From positions 26,680-90,679 of the forward strand of contig JBJTWK010000081.1 of assembly GCA_046081705.1 (NCBI GenBank): a DNA stretch of 64,000 bases, written 5' to 3'. This document shows, one piece after another, positions 8,333 through 18,694 of this stretch (its first letter is position 1; each line of letters starts with the position of its first letter). This DNA comes from Actinomycetes bacterium (lineage in GTDB: Bacteria > Actinomycetota > Acidimicrobiia > IMCC26256). The notes under the pieces are model-generated. The model searched no databases and was not told where the DNA came from. It worked only from the letters and a program-made list of their open reading frames with translations. A program made the translations under genes and the position numbers.

Positions 8333-9688
8333 ATGCCGCGAACCACCACCGGCCGCTCCGGCCGGCTCCTCACGATCACAGCGCTGTTCGCCGTCCTCGC
8401 GCTCGTCCTCGCCGCGTGCGGCGGGGGCCGCAGCGACGACAACGGCGGGGGCGGCGGATCGAGCTCCGGCGCGATCGACACCTCGAAGTGCCCGACCGAC
8501 CCGAGCAAGGTCACGATCTCGGGCGACACCATCACGCTCGGGACGAGCATTCCGCAGTCGGGCATCTACTCGGCGTTCAAGGAGATCCTCGCCGGGTCGA
8601 AGGCCTACATCGACTACATGAACGAGGAGCTCGGCGGCGTCGAGATCGCCGGCAAGAAGTACAAGGTGAACCTCGTCGCGAAGGACGACGCGTACGAGGC
8701 GGCGAAGACCGTCGCCAACGTGCAGTCGCTCCTCGACGAGGGTGTCTTCGGTCTGTTCAACGTCGTCGGCACGAAGAACAACCTCGCCATCCGCGACCAG
8801 GTGAACGAGGAGTGCGTGCCGAGCCTGCTCGCCGCCACCGGTTCGCCGGCCTGGGGCAACCGTGACTACCCGTGGCTGCTCGGCACCTTCCTCGTCCCGT
8901 ACCCGGACGAGATGAAGGCTCTCGTCGACTACCTCGAGGCGGAGAAGCCCGAGGCGACCATCGCCGTCCTGCGGGCGAACGACGACTTCGGTGCGGCGTA
9001 CTCGGAGACCCTCGAGTCCCTCGTGAAGGGCACGAAGCTCAAGGTCGTCAAGGTGGCGCAATACGACCCCGAGACCCCGGACACGAAGTCGCAGGTGACG
9101 ACCCTCGCGGCCACCAAAGCCGATGTGCTCGTCCTCGGGGCGACCCTGCTCGCCTGCCCGGACGCGCTCAAGAACGTCGCGGCATCCGGTTGGAAGCCGA
9201 TGACCTACATGTCGGGCACCTGCACCTCGAAGACGCTCATGACGATCGCCGGCGAGGCCGGTGACGGCGTCATCAGCGTCACGCCGCTCATGGACCCGGC
9301 GAACCCCGATCTCGTCGAGAACGCCGCGATGAAGCTCTACAAGGAGAAGATCGCGCAGTACGGCGAGTCGACGACCGACCCGACGAACGGCATCGTCGCC
9401 TACGGATGGACGGCCGGCGCCGCGCTCCAGCACATCCTGGAGTCGGCCGGGGCCCCCAACCGCCTCGCCGTGATGGAGGCGGCCCGCACGACCACGATGC
9501 GGGGCCTCGGGCTCATGCCCGACGGCGCGGAGTTCATCTCGAACATCAAGAACGACTGGTTCCTCGGCGAGGACTTCACGCTGGTCCAGTACTCGCGCTC
9601 GGCCGGGTACTTCACGAGCATCAGTGAGCTCCAGGACCTGAACGGCGAGACGGCCTCCTTCACGCCGAAGAACCTCATCGACGGCTGA
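8333..9688 (+). CDS. ABC transporter substrate-binding lipoprotein (LivK/PBP1 family)
   Basis: AAAGGAAG RBS; lipobox VLAA-C; KDDAYEAAKTV, NVVGTKNNLAIRD, NDDFG. Confidence 0.88.
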   Translation: MPRTTTGRSGRLLTITALFAVLALVLAACGGGRSDDNGGGGGSSSGAIDTSKCPTDPSKVTISGDTITLGTSIPQSGIYSAFKEILAGSKAYIDYMNEELGGVEIAGKKYKVNLVAKDDAYEAAKTVANVQSLLDEGVFGLFNVVGTKNNLAIRDQVNEECVPSLLAATGSPAWGNRDYPWLLGTFLVPYPDEMKALVDYLEAEKPEATIAVLRANDDFGAAYSETLESLVKGTKLKVVKVAQYDPETPDTKSQVTTLAATKADVLVLGATLLACPDALKNVAASGWKPMTYMSGTCTSKTLMTIAGEAGDGVISVTPLMDPANPDLVENAAMKLYKEKIAQYGESTTDPTNGIVAYGWTAGAALQHILESAGAPNRLAVMEAARTTTMRGLGLMPDGAEFISNIKNDWFLGEDFTLVQYSRSAGYFTSISELQDLNGETASFTPKNLIDG

Positions 9689-9714
9689 TCCCGGTCACCA
9701 TCGGTCCGAGAGCA

Positions 9715-9753
9715 CGAGGGCCCCGGGGCGCATCCAGCGCCCCGGGGCCCTCG
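9715..9753 (+). terminator. Terminator-like hairpin ending the Liv operon
   Basis: Perfect 17-bp stem CGAGGGCCCCGGGGCGC/GCGCCCCGGGGCCCTCG with a 5-nt loop. Confidence 0.7.
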
Positions 9754-9855
9754 CCGTTCCGGGGCCGCATGCGGCCCGGCCGGGGCGATGGAGATCCGGC
9801 GGGCCGGACCGGTAACGTGCGCCGATCATCGCTGGCGACCGGGGGGCCGAACACC

Positions 9856-10494
9856 GTGGCAAGGAACCGAGGACGACGGGCAGCTGGAGGCCTCCTCGTC
9901 GCGGCCGCCCTCCTCCTGAACGCCTGTGGCGGCTCGGAGTCGACCAGCGTCGTGGTGCGCAGCCCCGAGGACGTGCAGGTGCTCACCCCGAAGCAGGTGA
10001 AGCAGTTCAAGGCCCGCGCCGCCAAGGGCCAGCCGATCGGCACCGGGACCGGCGCGAACGGTGAGGTCCCCCAGAACGTCGACGACCGGCCGGTCGAGCA
10101 GCGCCTCTTCGAGGCCTACGCGAACTTCTCCTCCTGCCTGACCGCCAACGGCGACAAGGTGCGCGGCAACCTGCTCGACCGATCGAACCCCGCCTTCCAG
10201 GATCCGGAGTACGTCGCCATCCTCTCGAAGTGCGCGTCGCGCACCGGGATCATCCAGATCCTCCAGGAGTTCCAGAGCGTGCGCACCAAGCTCTCACCCA
10301 AGCAGGTGAAGGAGCGCAACAAGGGCTTCCTCAAGCTCAAGCCCTGCCTCGAGAAGCGGGGCTGGACCGTGGAGACCACGACGAACGAGATCGGCCTCAT
10401 CACGCCGACCCAGTTCTCGTCCCCCGACGGCACGATCAACAGTCGTGACCTCAACCAGTGCTCGGCCCAGAACGGGCTGTTCAACGACAACTGA
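9856..10494 (+). CDS. Lipoprotein associated with the ABC exporter
   Basis: Lipobox LLNA-C; two Cys-containing helical repeats (YANFSSCLTANG...CASR; LKPCLEKRGW...CSAQNG); start uncertain (ORF open from 9769). Confidence 0.6.
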   Translation: MARNRGRRAAGGLLVAAALLLNACGGSESTSVVVRSPEDVQVLTPKQVKQFKARAAKGQPIGTGTGANGEVPQNVDDRPVEQRLFEAYANFSSCLTANGDKVRGNLLDRSNPAFQDPEYVAILSKCASRTGIIQILQEFQSVRTKLSPKQVKERNKGFLKLKPCLEKRGWTVETTTNEIGLITPTQFSSPDGTINSRDLNQCSAQNGLFNDN

Positions 10495-10509
10495 CCAGGA
10501 GCCCCCTCC

Positions 10510-12687
10510 ATGTCGAAGCGTCCCCTCGCCGTCGTCGGCGCCATCACCGTCACGCTCGCGCTGCTCGCCGGGTGCGGCGGGGAGTCGGGCAAGGAGTCGG
10601 CCATCACCCCGCAGCCCGTCTCGCGCCAGACGCTGCAGGACATCCTCTCGGTGAACGGCGAGCTCCGCCGCGAGAAGACCCAGACCATCAACGCCCCGAC
10701 CGACGGGCGGGTGAGCGAGATGAACGTCGACGACGGCCAGGAGGTCAACGTCGGCGACGTCCCGTTCGCGCTCGACGGCCGGGCCGCGGTCGCCGTGCCG
10801 GGTGACTTCTCGTTCTTCCGCACGCTCGACGTCGGCTCCGACGGCCCCGACGTGCTCCAGCTGGAGAAGATCCTCTCGGCCGACGGCTTCAGCCCCGGCC
10901 GCGTCGACCGCACCTACACCGAGCAGACGCGTTCGGCGCTCGCCCGGTGGCAGGCGAAGTACGGCTACGGCGGCGCGAAGCCCGAGACCGACGAGACGGT
11001 CCAGATCGCGATCACCGGCAACAGCGCGGGCTACCGCACCGGCCGACGCGGCTCCGCCGTAGCCACCATCCTCTCGACCGCCACCTCCGTGGCCGCCGAC
11101 GGCTCGACGCAGGTCGGTCCGATCCCGCCGGCCCGCCGCGGCCGGGTGCAGGCGTCACTCGCGGCCTTCCCCCGCGCGGGTACGCCGGATAAGCCGGTCA
11201 TCGAGATCGCCACGAGCACCCCGTTCGTGCAGGAGAGCCCGAGCGGGGACACCGCGTGCTGGACGGTGACCGCCGACGTCGCACCCTCCCGGGACACCGT
11301 CGTGCCGCTGCAGATCCAGGGCGACGCGAACGGCGCCGACAGCGCCCGCAACGGCGACTACAAGACCCTCGAGGGTGACGTCACCATCCTCGCCGGGCAG
11401 ACCTCCCAGCAGTTCTGCACCGACATCTTCGACGACCGCATCGTGGAGGACGACGAGGAGATCACCGTCGTCATCCAGGTGCAGTTCGGCAACGACCCGA
11501 ACTTCGTGGTCGGTCCGACCGACCGCGCCACGGTCACCATCGAGGACGACGACACCGGCACGCCCGTCATCACCATCTCGGCCGACTCGGCCAAGGTGAA
11601 CGAGGGTCAGGGTGCGACCTTCCGGCTCCGCTCCACCCTCGAGCTCAACCGCGGGCTGGACATCTTCGTCCGCATCGGCGGCTCGATGACGGTCAACGAG
11701 GACTACCGGCCGCTGACGCAGGACTACGTCACGCTCGGGGCCGGCCAGACCGAGACCACGTTCACGATCACGCCGCGCACCGACGACAACGTCGAGCCCG
11801 ACGAGATCCTCACGGCGACGATCGTCTCCGACCCCGACATCGACCCGCAGCCGTACACGATCGGATCCCCGTCCCAGGCCTCCATCACCGTCGAGTCCGG
11901 CGACGTGCCCGAGCTCAACCTCTCGGGCGGGGGTTCGGTGCGCGAGGGCGGCACGACCACCTTCACGATCACGGCGACCCAGCCGATGGTCGAGGACACC
12001 ACCATCAACTTCCAGGTTGGCGGTTCGGCGACCCCGGGTCAGGACTACCAGGTGCTGTCCGGCATCGTGATCATGCGGGCCGGGACCTCGAGCGTCACCA
12101 TCCCGATGCGCACGTTCTCGGACGACGTCATCTTCTTCCCGTCCGACATGATCGTCGCGAACTGGCCCGCTCGGGTCGGGACCGTCGCGGTGGACGCCGG
12201 GGAGTTCGTCCTGCAGGGTTCGCCGGTGCTCGACCTCACCGAGCCCGCCATCAGCGTGAAGCTCAAGCTCTCCGGCACCGAGCGGGCGAAGATCGAACTC
12301 GGCATGGAGGCCCAGATCCAGCTCGAGGCCGGCGGCACGCAGTACCCCGGCATCATCACCGCCCTCGACGACTCCGCGACCGTCGGATCGGACAAGTCCG
12401 AGGTGTACGAGGGCATCGTGTCGGCCACCGGCGAGCTGCCGAACGTCGACGGCGCGAGCGTGAGCATCGACATCACGCTGGCCGAGCGCAAGGACGTCCT
12501 CGCCGTCCCGATCGCCGCCGTGCTGAAGTCCGGGTCCGGCAACTTCGTGCGCATCGTGAACGACGAGGGCCGACTCAAGCGGATCGAGGTCGAGCTCGGC
12601 CTCGCCCAGGACGAGTACGTCGAGATCACCAAGGGCCTCAAGGGCGACGAGCTCGTCGTGGTCTCCGTCACGAGCGCGGCCCAGTGA
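10510..12687 (+). CDS. MacA/YknX-like membrane-fusion (adaptor) lipoprotein with a peptidoglycan-binding domain and inserted Calx-beta-like domains
   Basis: Lipobox LLAG-C; lipoyl half-motifs APTDGRVSEMNVDDGQEV and ARVGTVAVDAGEFV; PG-binding GSDGPDVLQLEKIL...TRSALARWQ; Calx-beta DY...VTILAGQT...DDRIVEDDE; C-terminal VLAVPIAAV...VELGLAQDEYVEITKGL. Confidence 0.8.
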   Translation: MSKRPLAVVGAITVTLALLAGCGGESGKESAITPQPVSRQTLQDILSVNGELRREKTQTINAPTDGRVSEMNVDDGQEVNVGDVPFALDGRAAVAVPGDFSFFRTLDVGSDGPDVLQLEKILSADGFSPGRVDRTYTEQTRSALARWQAKYGYGGAKPETDETVQIAITGNSAGYRTGRRGSAVATILSTATSVAADGSTQVGPIPPARRGRVQASLAAFPRAGTPDKPVIEIATSTPFVQESPSGDTACWTVTADVAPSRDTVVPLQIQGDANGADSARNGDYKTLEGDVTILAGQTSQQFCTDIFDDRIVEDDEEITVVIQVQFGNDPNFVVGPTDRATVTIEDDDTGTPVITISADSAKVNEGQGATFRLRSTLELNRGLDIFVRIGGSMTVNEDYRPLTQDYVTLGAGQTETTFTITPRTDDNVEPDEILTATIVSDPDIDPQPYTIGSPSQASITVESGDVPELNLSGGGSVREGGTTTFTITATQPMVEDTTINFQVGGSATPGQDYQVLSGIVIMRAGTSSVTIPMRTFSDDVIFFPSDMIVANWPARVGTVAVDAGEFVLQGSPVLDLTEPAISVKLKLSGTERAKIELGMEAQIQLEAGGTQYPGIITALDDSATVGSDKSEVYEGIVSATGELPNVDGASVSIDITLAERKDVLAVPIAAVLKSGSGNFVRIVNDEGRLKRIEVELGLAQDEYVEITKGLKGDELVVVSVTSAAQ

Positions 12688-13406
12688 CCGACCCGGACCT
12701 GAGAGCCCCGGAGGGCACCGAGCCCTTCCTCGAGCTCACCGACGTCTCGCGCGTCTACGGCGACGAGGTCAAGGTCTACGCGCTCCGTGAGGTCTCCCTG
12801 CGCATCATGCCGGGCGACTTCATGGCCATCGTCGGCCCGTCGGGTTCCGGGAAGTCCACGATGCTCGGCCTCCTCGGGTGCCTCGACCTCCCCTCGTCGG
12901 GTTCGATCCGCATCGCGGGCGAGGAGATCACCACCCTCGATGACACGAGCCGGACCCGACTGCGCGGCCGCACCATCGGATTCGTCTTCCAGCAGTTCCA
13001 CCTCATCGGGCACCTCAGCGCCCTCCAGAACGTCGAGACCGCCCTGCTGTACCGCGGCATGAAGCCGAACGAACGGCACGACAAGGCCATGGAGGCGCTC
13101 GAGCGCGTCGGGCTCGGTCAGCGCTGGGACCACCGGCCCGTGCAGCTCTCCGGTGGCGAGCAGCAACGGGTGGCGCTCGCCCGTTCTCTGGTCACCGACC
13201 CCATCATCGTGCTCGCCGACGAGCCGACGGGCGCGCTCGACTCCAAGAACGCCGAGAACGTGATGCAGATCTTCGAGTCGCTGCGCTCCCCGGAACGGGC
13301 CGTCGTGCTCGTCACCCACGACCTCGGCGTCGCCGACCGGGCCGACCGCAGGATCTCGATGCACGACGGCGAGATCGTCGGCGACGACCGGAAGGTGCGC
13401 GCGTGA
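12684..13406 (+). CDS. ABC exporter ATP-binding protein (MacB/LolD family)
   Basis: GPSGSGKST, GFVFQQFHL, LSGGEQQRVALAR, LADEPTGALD. Confidence 0.93.
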   Translation: MTDPDLRAPEGTEPFLELTDVSRVYGDEVKVYALREVSLRIMPGDFMAIVGPSGSGKSTMLGLLGCLDLPSSGSIRIAGEEITTLDDTSRTRLRGRTIGFVFQQFHLIGHLSALQNVETALLYRGMKPNERHDKAMEALERVGLGQRWDHRPVQLSGGEQQRVALARSLVTDPIIVLADEPTGALDSKNAENVMQIFESLRSPERAVVLVTHDLGVADRADRRISMHDGEIVGDDRKVRA

Positions 13407-14596
13407 TCTCCCGCAACTTCCGGGACCTCGTCAGCGTCGCCGTGGGCGGCCTGCTCGCTCGGAAGGTCCGCACGCTCCTGCTGCTCATGGGTCCCGTCAT
13501 CGGCGTGGCCGCGATCGTCGCCGCCGTGGGCCTCACGGATTCCGCCAAGGGTGACCTCAAGCGCAAGGTCGCCCAACTCGGGACGAACCTCATCACCGCG
13601 ACCGCCGCGTCCTCCTTCGGGTCCGAGAAGCCGAAGCTCCCGGTCGACGCGACCCGACGTGCGGAGCAGGTCCAGACGGTCGAGAAGGTGTCCGCCGTCG
13701 TCCAGCTCACCGACATCACCGTGAGCCCCTACGAGAAGGCGCGCCGCAAGTACGAGACCACCCCGATCCCGGTCCTCGCCGCCGACACGCGTCTCCCGTT
13801 CGTCCTCGAGGTCGACATGGTGAGCGGGCGCTGGATCAGCGGCGCCGACGCCGACGTCAAGGCGCGGGCGGTCGTGATCGGGTCGGGCCTCGCCGACGAG
13901 ATCGGGTACCTCCCCGGCGAGAACCGGACGGTCGACCTCGCCGGCAAGCCCTACGGCGTGATCGGCGTCCTCGGGAAGGTCGAACTCGACCCCACCCTCG
14001 ACAACGCGGCGTTCATCCCGTTCTCGGCGGCGGACCGCGACTTCGTCAAGGAGGACATCCAGCCGACGAAGCTCTACGTCCGGTCGGCCGACGGCGCCGA
14101 GCAGGCGACCGCGGACACGCTGCGCACCGCCATCTCGCTCGGCGGTCCCGACGAGGTCGGCACCGAGATCCAGGCGGAGGCGCTGCAGCTCGCCGCCCAG
14201 TCGGACAAGCAGCTGCAACTCATCGTCGCGTCGATGGGGCTGCTCGCGATCATCGTCGGCGGCATCGGCATCGCCAACGTGATGTCGATCTCCGTCATCC
14301 AGCGGTCCACCGAGATCGGCATCCGCCGGGCCCTCGGCCACACCCGGCGCACGATCGCCCAGCAGTTCCTCCTCGAGGCGATGGTGGTCGGCTTCCTCGG
14401 CGGGATCCTCGGGGTGCTCGTCGGGGCGCTCGCGATCCTCGTGGGCGTCTGGCTGTCGGGCTGGGTCTTCGTGCTGCAGCGCTGGATCCCGCCGGCCGGC
14501 ATCGTCCTCGCCATGGTCGTCTCGGTGCTCGCCGGGCTCTACCCGGCTCGACGTGCGGCCAAGCTCGAGCCGCTCGAGACCCTTCGGCTCGGGTGA
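13403..14596 (+). CDS. ABC exporter permease (MacB/FtsX family)
   Basis: N-terminal TM, large periplasmic loop, VGGIGIANVMSISVIQRSTEIGIRRALG, GLYPARRAAKLEPLETLR. Confidence 0.92.
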   Translation: MISRNFRDLVSVAVGGLLARKVRTLLLLMGPVIGVAAIVAAVGLTDSAKGDLKRKVAQLGTNLITATAASSFGSEKPKLPVDATRRAEQVQTVEKVSAVVQLTDITVSPYEKARRKYETTPIPVLAADTRLPFVLEVDMVSGRWISGADADVKARAVVIGSGLADEIGYLPGENRTVDLAGKPYGVIGVLGKVELDPTLDNAAFIPFSAADRDFVKEDIQPTKLYVRSADGAEQATADTLRTAISLGGPDEVGTEIQAEALQLAAQSDKQLQLIVASMGLLAIIVGGIGIANVMSISVIQRSTEIGIRRALGHTRRTIAQQFLLEAMVVGFLGGILGVLVGALAILVGVWLSGWVFVLQRWIPPAGIVLAMVVSVLAGLYPARRAAKLEPLETLRLG

Positions 14597-16572
14597 CCGA
14601 CACCCCGACCCCCCACCGTCCCCCGGCGGCCGCCCCGACCGCTCGTCACATCCGCGCCCTCGACGGCGTGCGCGGCGCCGCCGTCATCGCCGTCCTCCTG
14701 TTCCACGGCGGGATGCTGCGGGGCGGGTACCTCGGCGTCGACCTCTTCTTCGTCCTCTCCGGCTTCCTCATCACCTCCCTGCTGCTCGCCGAGGGCTCGA
14801 GCACCGGGCGGATCGCCCTCGGTCCGTTCTGGGCCCGCCGCGCCCGACGCCTGCTCCCCGCACTGTTCCTCATGCTCGCCGTGGTCGCGATCTACGCGGC
14901 ATTCATCGCCGAGCCGAACGAACTCGCACGCATCCGCGGCGACTTCCTCGCGACCCTCGGGTACGTCGCCAACTGGCGCTTCGTGCTCGGCGGGTTCGAC
15001 TACTGGACGCTGTTCACCTCGCCGTCACCGCTCGCGCACACGTGGAGCCTCGCGATCGAGGAGCAGTTCTACGTGTTCTGGCCGCTCATCGTGGTCGGTC
15101 TCGGCCTGCTCGTCGGACGCCGGGCCGGCGCGTGGGCCCGCACCGTCCTCGTGGTCTGCGGCGTGCTCGTCGCCGCCTCGGCGGCCCTCGCGCTGTGGTT
15201 CTGGTTCACGTCCGAGGCCACGGTGCGCATCTACTACGGCACCGACACCCGGGCCGCGGCCATCCTCATGGGTGCGGCGCTCGCCGCCTGGCTCATCTGG
15301 CGCGGGCCGATCCGTCGGGACGGTGCCCGCCTCGCACTCGAGGCGACGGCCGTCGTCGCACTCGCCGTCCTCGCCGTGTGCTGGTGGCGGCTCGAGGATC
15401 AGGGCCTCTACGCCGGCGGCCTCCTGCTGTGCGGCGTGTGCGCCACCGCGGTGATCGCCGCCGCGGCCCACCCGAACCCGGGCCCGGTGGCCCGTGCGTT
15501 CTCGTGGCGACCGCTCGTCGGGGCCGGGCTCGTGTCCTACGGGCTGTACCTCTGGCACTGGCCCGTCTACGTGCTCCTCGACCCGCGTCGCACCGGGCTC
15601 GACGGGTGGCCGCTGCTCGCGCTCCGCATCTCGGTGACGACCGCCATCGCGCTCGCGTCGTACCACCTCGTCGAGCAGCCGATCCGGCAGCGCCGCTGGT
15701 CGACCGGCACCCTCCGATGGCTCACGCCCGTGAGCGCGGCGGTGCTCGTGGCCCTCGCGTTCGGGTCGACCATGCGGGCCGCGCCCGATCGCCGCATCGC
15801 GCGGGTCGACGCCTCCTCCGCCCGGGCCGCAGCGGCGCGGGCCGCGCAACGCGAAGGGACGACCCGCCTCATGGTCGTCGGTAACTCGATCGGGTGGTTC
15901 CTCGGCGACGAGGGCTTCGAACCACGTGACGCCGAGGCCGCCACGACCACCCTGAACGCCGCCTTCCCCGCCTGTCACTTCCCCACCGTCGACCTCGAGC
16001 GCGGGGCCGAGCTCGGTGCCGGTCACGCTGCGGTCGACTGCACCGTCCACTGGAACCGGGCCGTGCGCGAGTTCCGACCGGACACCGTCCTGTTCCTGCT
16101 CAGCGACGCGGGGTCGATCGCCGGGAACCGTGGGGCCGGCTGGTTCACGCCGTGCGATCCCACCTACCGCCGCTGGACCCGCGACGGGCTCGAGGAGGCA
16201 CGCGCGACCCTCACGGGCACCGGCGCGCGCCTCGTCGTCACGACCGCTCCGCTCTCCCTGTCGTCGTACGCGGCCGGAGCGATCGACCAGAGCGGGTGCC
16301 AGAACGCGACGATCCGTCGGTACGCCGCGGCCGACCCCGGCGTCGGGCTCGTGGACCTCGAGCGGTTCATCTGCCGTCGTGGCCCGACCCGCTGCCTGAC
16401 CCGCATGGACGGCGTGCTGCTCCGACCCGACGGCCTGCACTACCGCGACGAGAGCGCGCGCCTCGTCGCCCGGTGGCTCACCCGCGAGCTGGGTCGCATC
16501 GGCGCGCTCGGACCGATCGAACCCGCTGGCGCGTCCGGGGCGACCGGCGCCGCCGGCCCGACCGGTCGCTGA
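14593..16572 (+). CDS. OafA/OatA-like O-acyltransferase (acyltransferase_3 + SGNH domain)
   Basis: ALDGVRG, GYLGVDLFFVLSGFLIT, HTWSLAIEEQFY, SYGLYLWHWP; SGNH motifs VVGNSIG and PDGLHY. Confidence 0.92.
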   Translation: MTDTPTPHRPPAAAPTARHIRALDGVRGAAVIAVLLFHGGMLRGGYLGVDLFFVLSGFLITSLLLAEGSSTGRIALGPFWARRARRLLPALFLMLAVVAIYAAFIAEPNELARIRGDFLATLGYVANWRFVLGGFDYWTLFTSPSPLAHTWSLAIEEQFYVFWPLIVVGLGLLVGRRAGAWARTVLVVCGVLVAASAALALWFWFTSEATVRIYYGTDTRAAAILMGAALAAWLIWRGPIRRDGARLALEATAVVALAVLAVCWWRLEDQGLYAGGLLLCGVCATAVIAAAAHPNPGPVARAFSWRPLVGAGLVSYGLYLWHWPVYVLLDPRRTGLDGWPLLALRISVTTAIALASYHLVEQPIRQRRWSTGTLRWLTPVSAAVLVALAFGSTMRAAPDRRIARVDASSARAAAARAAQREGTTRLMVVGNSIGWFLGDEGFEPRDAEAATTTLNAAFPACHFPTVDLERGAELGAGHAAVDCTVHWNRAVREFRPDTVLFLLSDAGSIAGNRGAGWFTPCDPTYRRWTRDGLEEARATLTGTGARLVVTTAPLSLSSYAAGAIDQSGCQNATIRRYAAADPGVGLVDLERFICRRGPTRCLTRMDGVLLRPDGLHYRDESARLVARWLTRELGRIGALGPIEPAGASGATGAAGPTGR

Positions 16573-16613
16573 ACCCCCCACCCGACACCGGGGCGTTCCC
16601 CTAGCCTGCGCCC

Positions 16614-18656
16614 ATGACCGCGACCGCCGACCGTCGCACGATCCACGGGGTGTGCCACCACGACTGTCCCGACTCGTGCGGCTGGGTGGTGACCGTCGAG
16701 GGTGGCGTCGCCGTGTCGTTGCGCGGCGATCCCGACCACCCGTACAGCCGCGGCGAACTGTGCCCGAAGGTCAACCGGTTCCTCGACCGCGTGCACAGCC
16801 CCGATCGGCTCCTCACCCCGCTGCGGCGCACCGGCCCGAAGGGGTCGGGCGAGTTCGCACCGATCACCTGGGACGACGCGCTCGACGAGATCGCCACGAA
16901 CCTGCGCCGGGTCATCGACGAGCACGGGCCCGACGCCGTGGTCCCGTTCAGCGGGGCCGGCAACCAGAGCCTCCTCGCCATGCTCGCCCCCTATCGCCTC
17001 TGGAACGCGCTCGGCGTCTCACAGTTGCAGGGCGCGCTCTGCGGCGCGGTCGCCGGGGCCGGGGTCGAGGTCACGAACGGGACGAAGCTCGCCCTCGATC
17101 CGCTCGAGCTCGAGCACTCGCGCCTCGTCATCATCTGGGGCTCGAACACCCGACTCACGAACCGTCACCTCTGGCCCACGATCGAGACCGCACGCACGCA
17201 GGGCGCACGGATCATCGTCATCGATCCGATCCGCACCACCACGGCCGAGGCCGCGGACGAGTTCGTGCAACCCCTGCCGGGCACCGACGTCGCGCTCATG
17301 CTGGCGATGATGCACGTCATCATCCGGGACGGCCTCCACGACGCCGAGTGGGTCGCGGCCCACACCCACGGGTTCGACGAACTGCGCCGGCACGTCGATA
17401 CCGCCACCCCCGCATGGGCCGGGGCGATCTGCGGACTCGAACCGACGGTGATCGAGGACCTGGCCCGCGAGTACGCGACGACCCGACCGGCCGCCATCCG
17501 CACGCTCATCGGCGCCGAGCACCACGAGCACGGTGGCATGTTCTTCCGCACGCTCGCCTGCCTCCCCGCGCTCGTGGGCGCCTGGCGCGAGCGGGGCGGC
17601 GGGTTCGCGCGCAGCGTCGGGTCGTGGACGGGTCGCGTCGTCGACGACGACGCACTCACGGCCTCGCACCTGCGCACCCGACCCGGTCGTGTGCTCGACG
17701 AGGTGCGCCTCGGGACCTGGTTGGCCGACCCGACGCTCGACCCGCCGATCCACGCCCTCGTCGTCTGGAACACGAACCCGATGGTGAGCGTGCCGAACGT
17801 CGAGGGCGTACGGCGCGGCCTCGCGCGCGACGACCTGTTCACCGTCGTCCACGAGCAGTTCCTCACCGACACCGCCCGGTACGCGGACATCGTGCTGCCC
17901 GCCACCACCCAGATCGAGCAGATCGACGTGAACCCACCGTGGGGGCACCTGTACCTGACCTGGAACGAACCGGCGATCGCGCCGGTCGGCGGGTCGGTCA
18001 GCGACACCGAACTCATGCGGCGTCTCGCCGCGGCGCTCGGCCTCGACGATCCGGCCCTGCGGGCCGACGACCTCACGATCCTGCGCGACGCGCTCCCCAC
18101 CGTGGACCTCGACCGGCTGCGGACCGAGCGGGTGCTGCGGGTGCCCTACCCGGAGGACGGGCGCCCGTTCGGTGACGGGACCTTCCCCACCGCCACCGGT
18201 CGGGTCGAGTTCGTGTCGAGCGCGGCCGTCGCCCTCGGCCAGCCCGCGCTGCCCACGTACCTCGGTGACGAGGAGGCGCGCGAGGCGGGCGACCGCTGGT
18301 CGTTCCGCCTGCTCACGCCGAAGCACCACACCCGGTTCCTCAACTCCTCCTACTCGCACCTCCCGAACCACGGCGGCCGCGAGGGCGGTCCGTTCCTCGA
18401 GTGCTGCGCGACCGACGCCGCGGCGCTCGGGGTCGGCGAGGGTGCGACGGTGCGCGTCCGCAACGACCGGGGTGCGGTGGTGCTGCCGGTCCGGATCAGC
18501 GAGCGGCTCCGACCCGGCGTCGTCGCGATCCCCTGGGGCTGGTGGGCGGAGGCCTCGGGCGGCACCGTCGTGAACGTGCTCACGAACAGCCGCCTCACCG
18601 ACTGGGGCGGCGGCGTCGCCTACTCCGACACGCGGGTGGCGGTCGAGCCCGTCTGA
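16614..18656 (+). CDS. Molybdopterin-dependent oxidoreductase
   Basis: CHHDCPDSC [4Fe-4S] motif, GELCPK, WNTNP, HEQFLTDTARYADIVLPAT, FLNSSY C-terminal domain. Confidence 0.92.
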   Translation: MTATADRRTIHGVCHHDCPDSCGWVVTVEGGVAVSLRGDPDHPYSRGELCPKVNRFLDRVHSPDRLLTPLRRTGPKGSGEFAPITWDDALDEIATNLRRVIDEHGPDAVVPFSGAGNQSLLAMLAPYRLWNALGVSQLQGALCGAVAGAGVEVTNGTKLALDPLELEHSRLVIIWGSNTRLTNRHLWPTIETARTQGARIIVIDPIRTTTAEAADEFVQPLPGTDVALMLAMMHVIIRDGLHDAEWVAAHTHGFDELRRHVDTATPAWAGAICGLEPTVIEDLAREYATTRPAAIRTLIGAEHHEHGGMFFRTLACLPALVGAWRERGGGFARSVGSWTGRVVDDDALTASHLRTRPGRVLDEVRLGTWLADPTLDPPIHALVVWNTNPMVSVPNVEGVRRGLARDDLFTVVHEQFLTDTARYADIVLPATTQIEQIDVNPPWGHLYLTWNEPAIAPVGGSVSDTELMRRLAAALGLDDPALRADDLTILRDALPTVDLDRLRTERVLRVPYPEDGRPFGDGTFPTATGRVEFVSSAAVALGQPALPTYLGDEEAREAGDRWSFRLLTPKHHTRFLNSSYSHLPNHGGREGGPFLECCATDAAALGVGEGATVRVRNDRGAVVLPVRISERLRPGVVAIPWGWWAEASGGTVVNVLTNSRLTDWGGGVAYSDTRVAVEPV

Positions 18657-18694
18657 GCGGGCCCGCGCCTCGGTCGGCGTGGCACGATCCCCCG

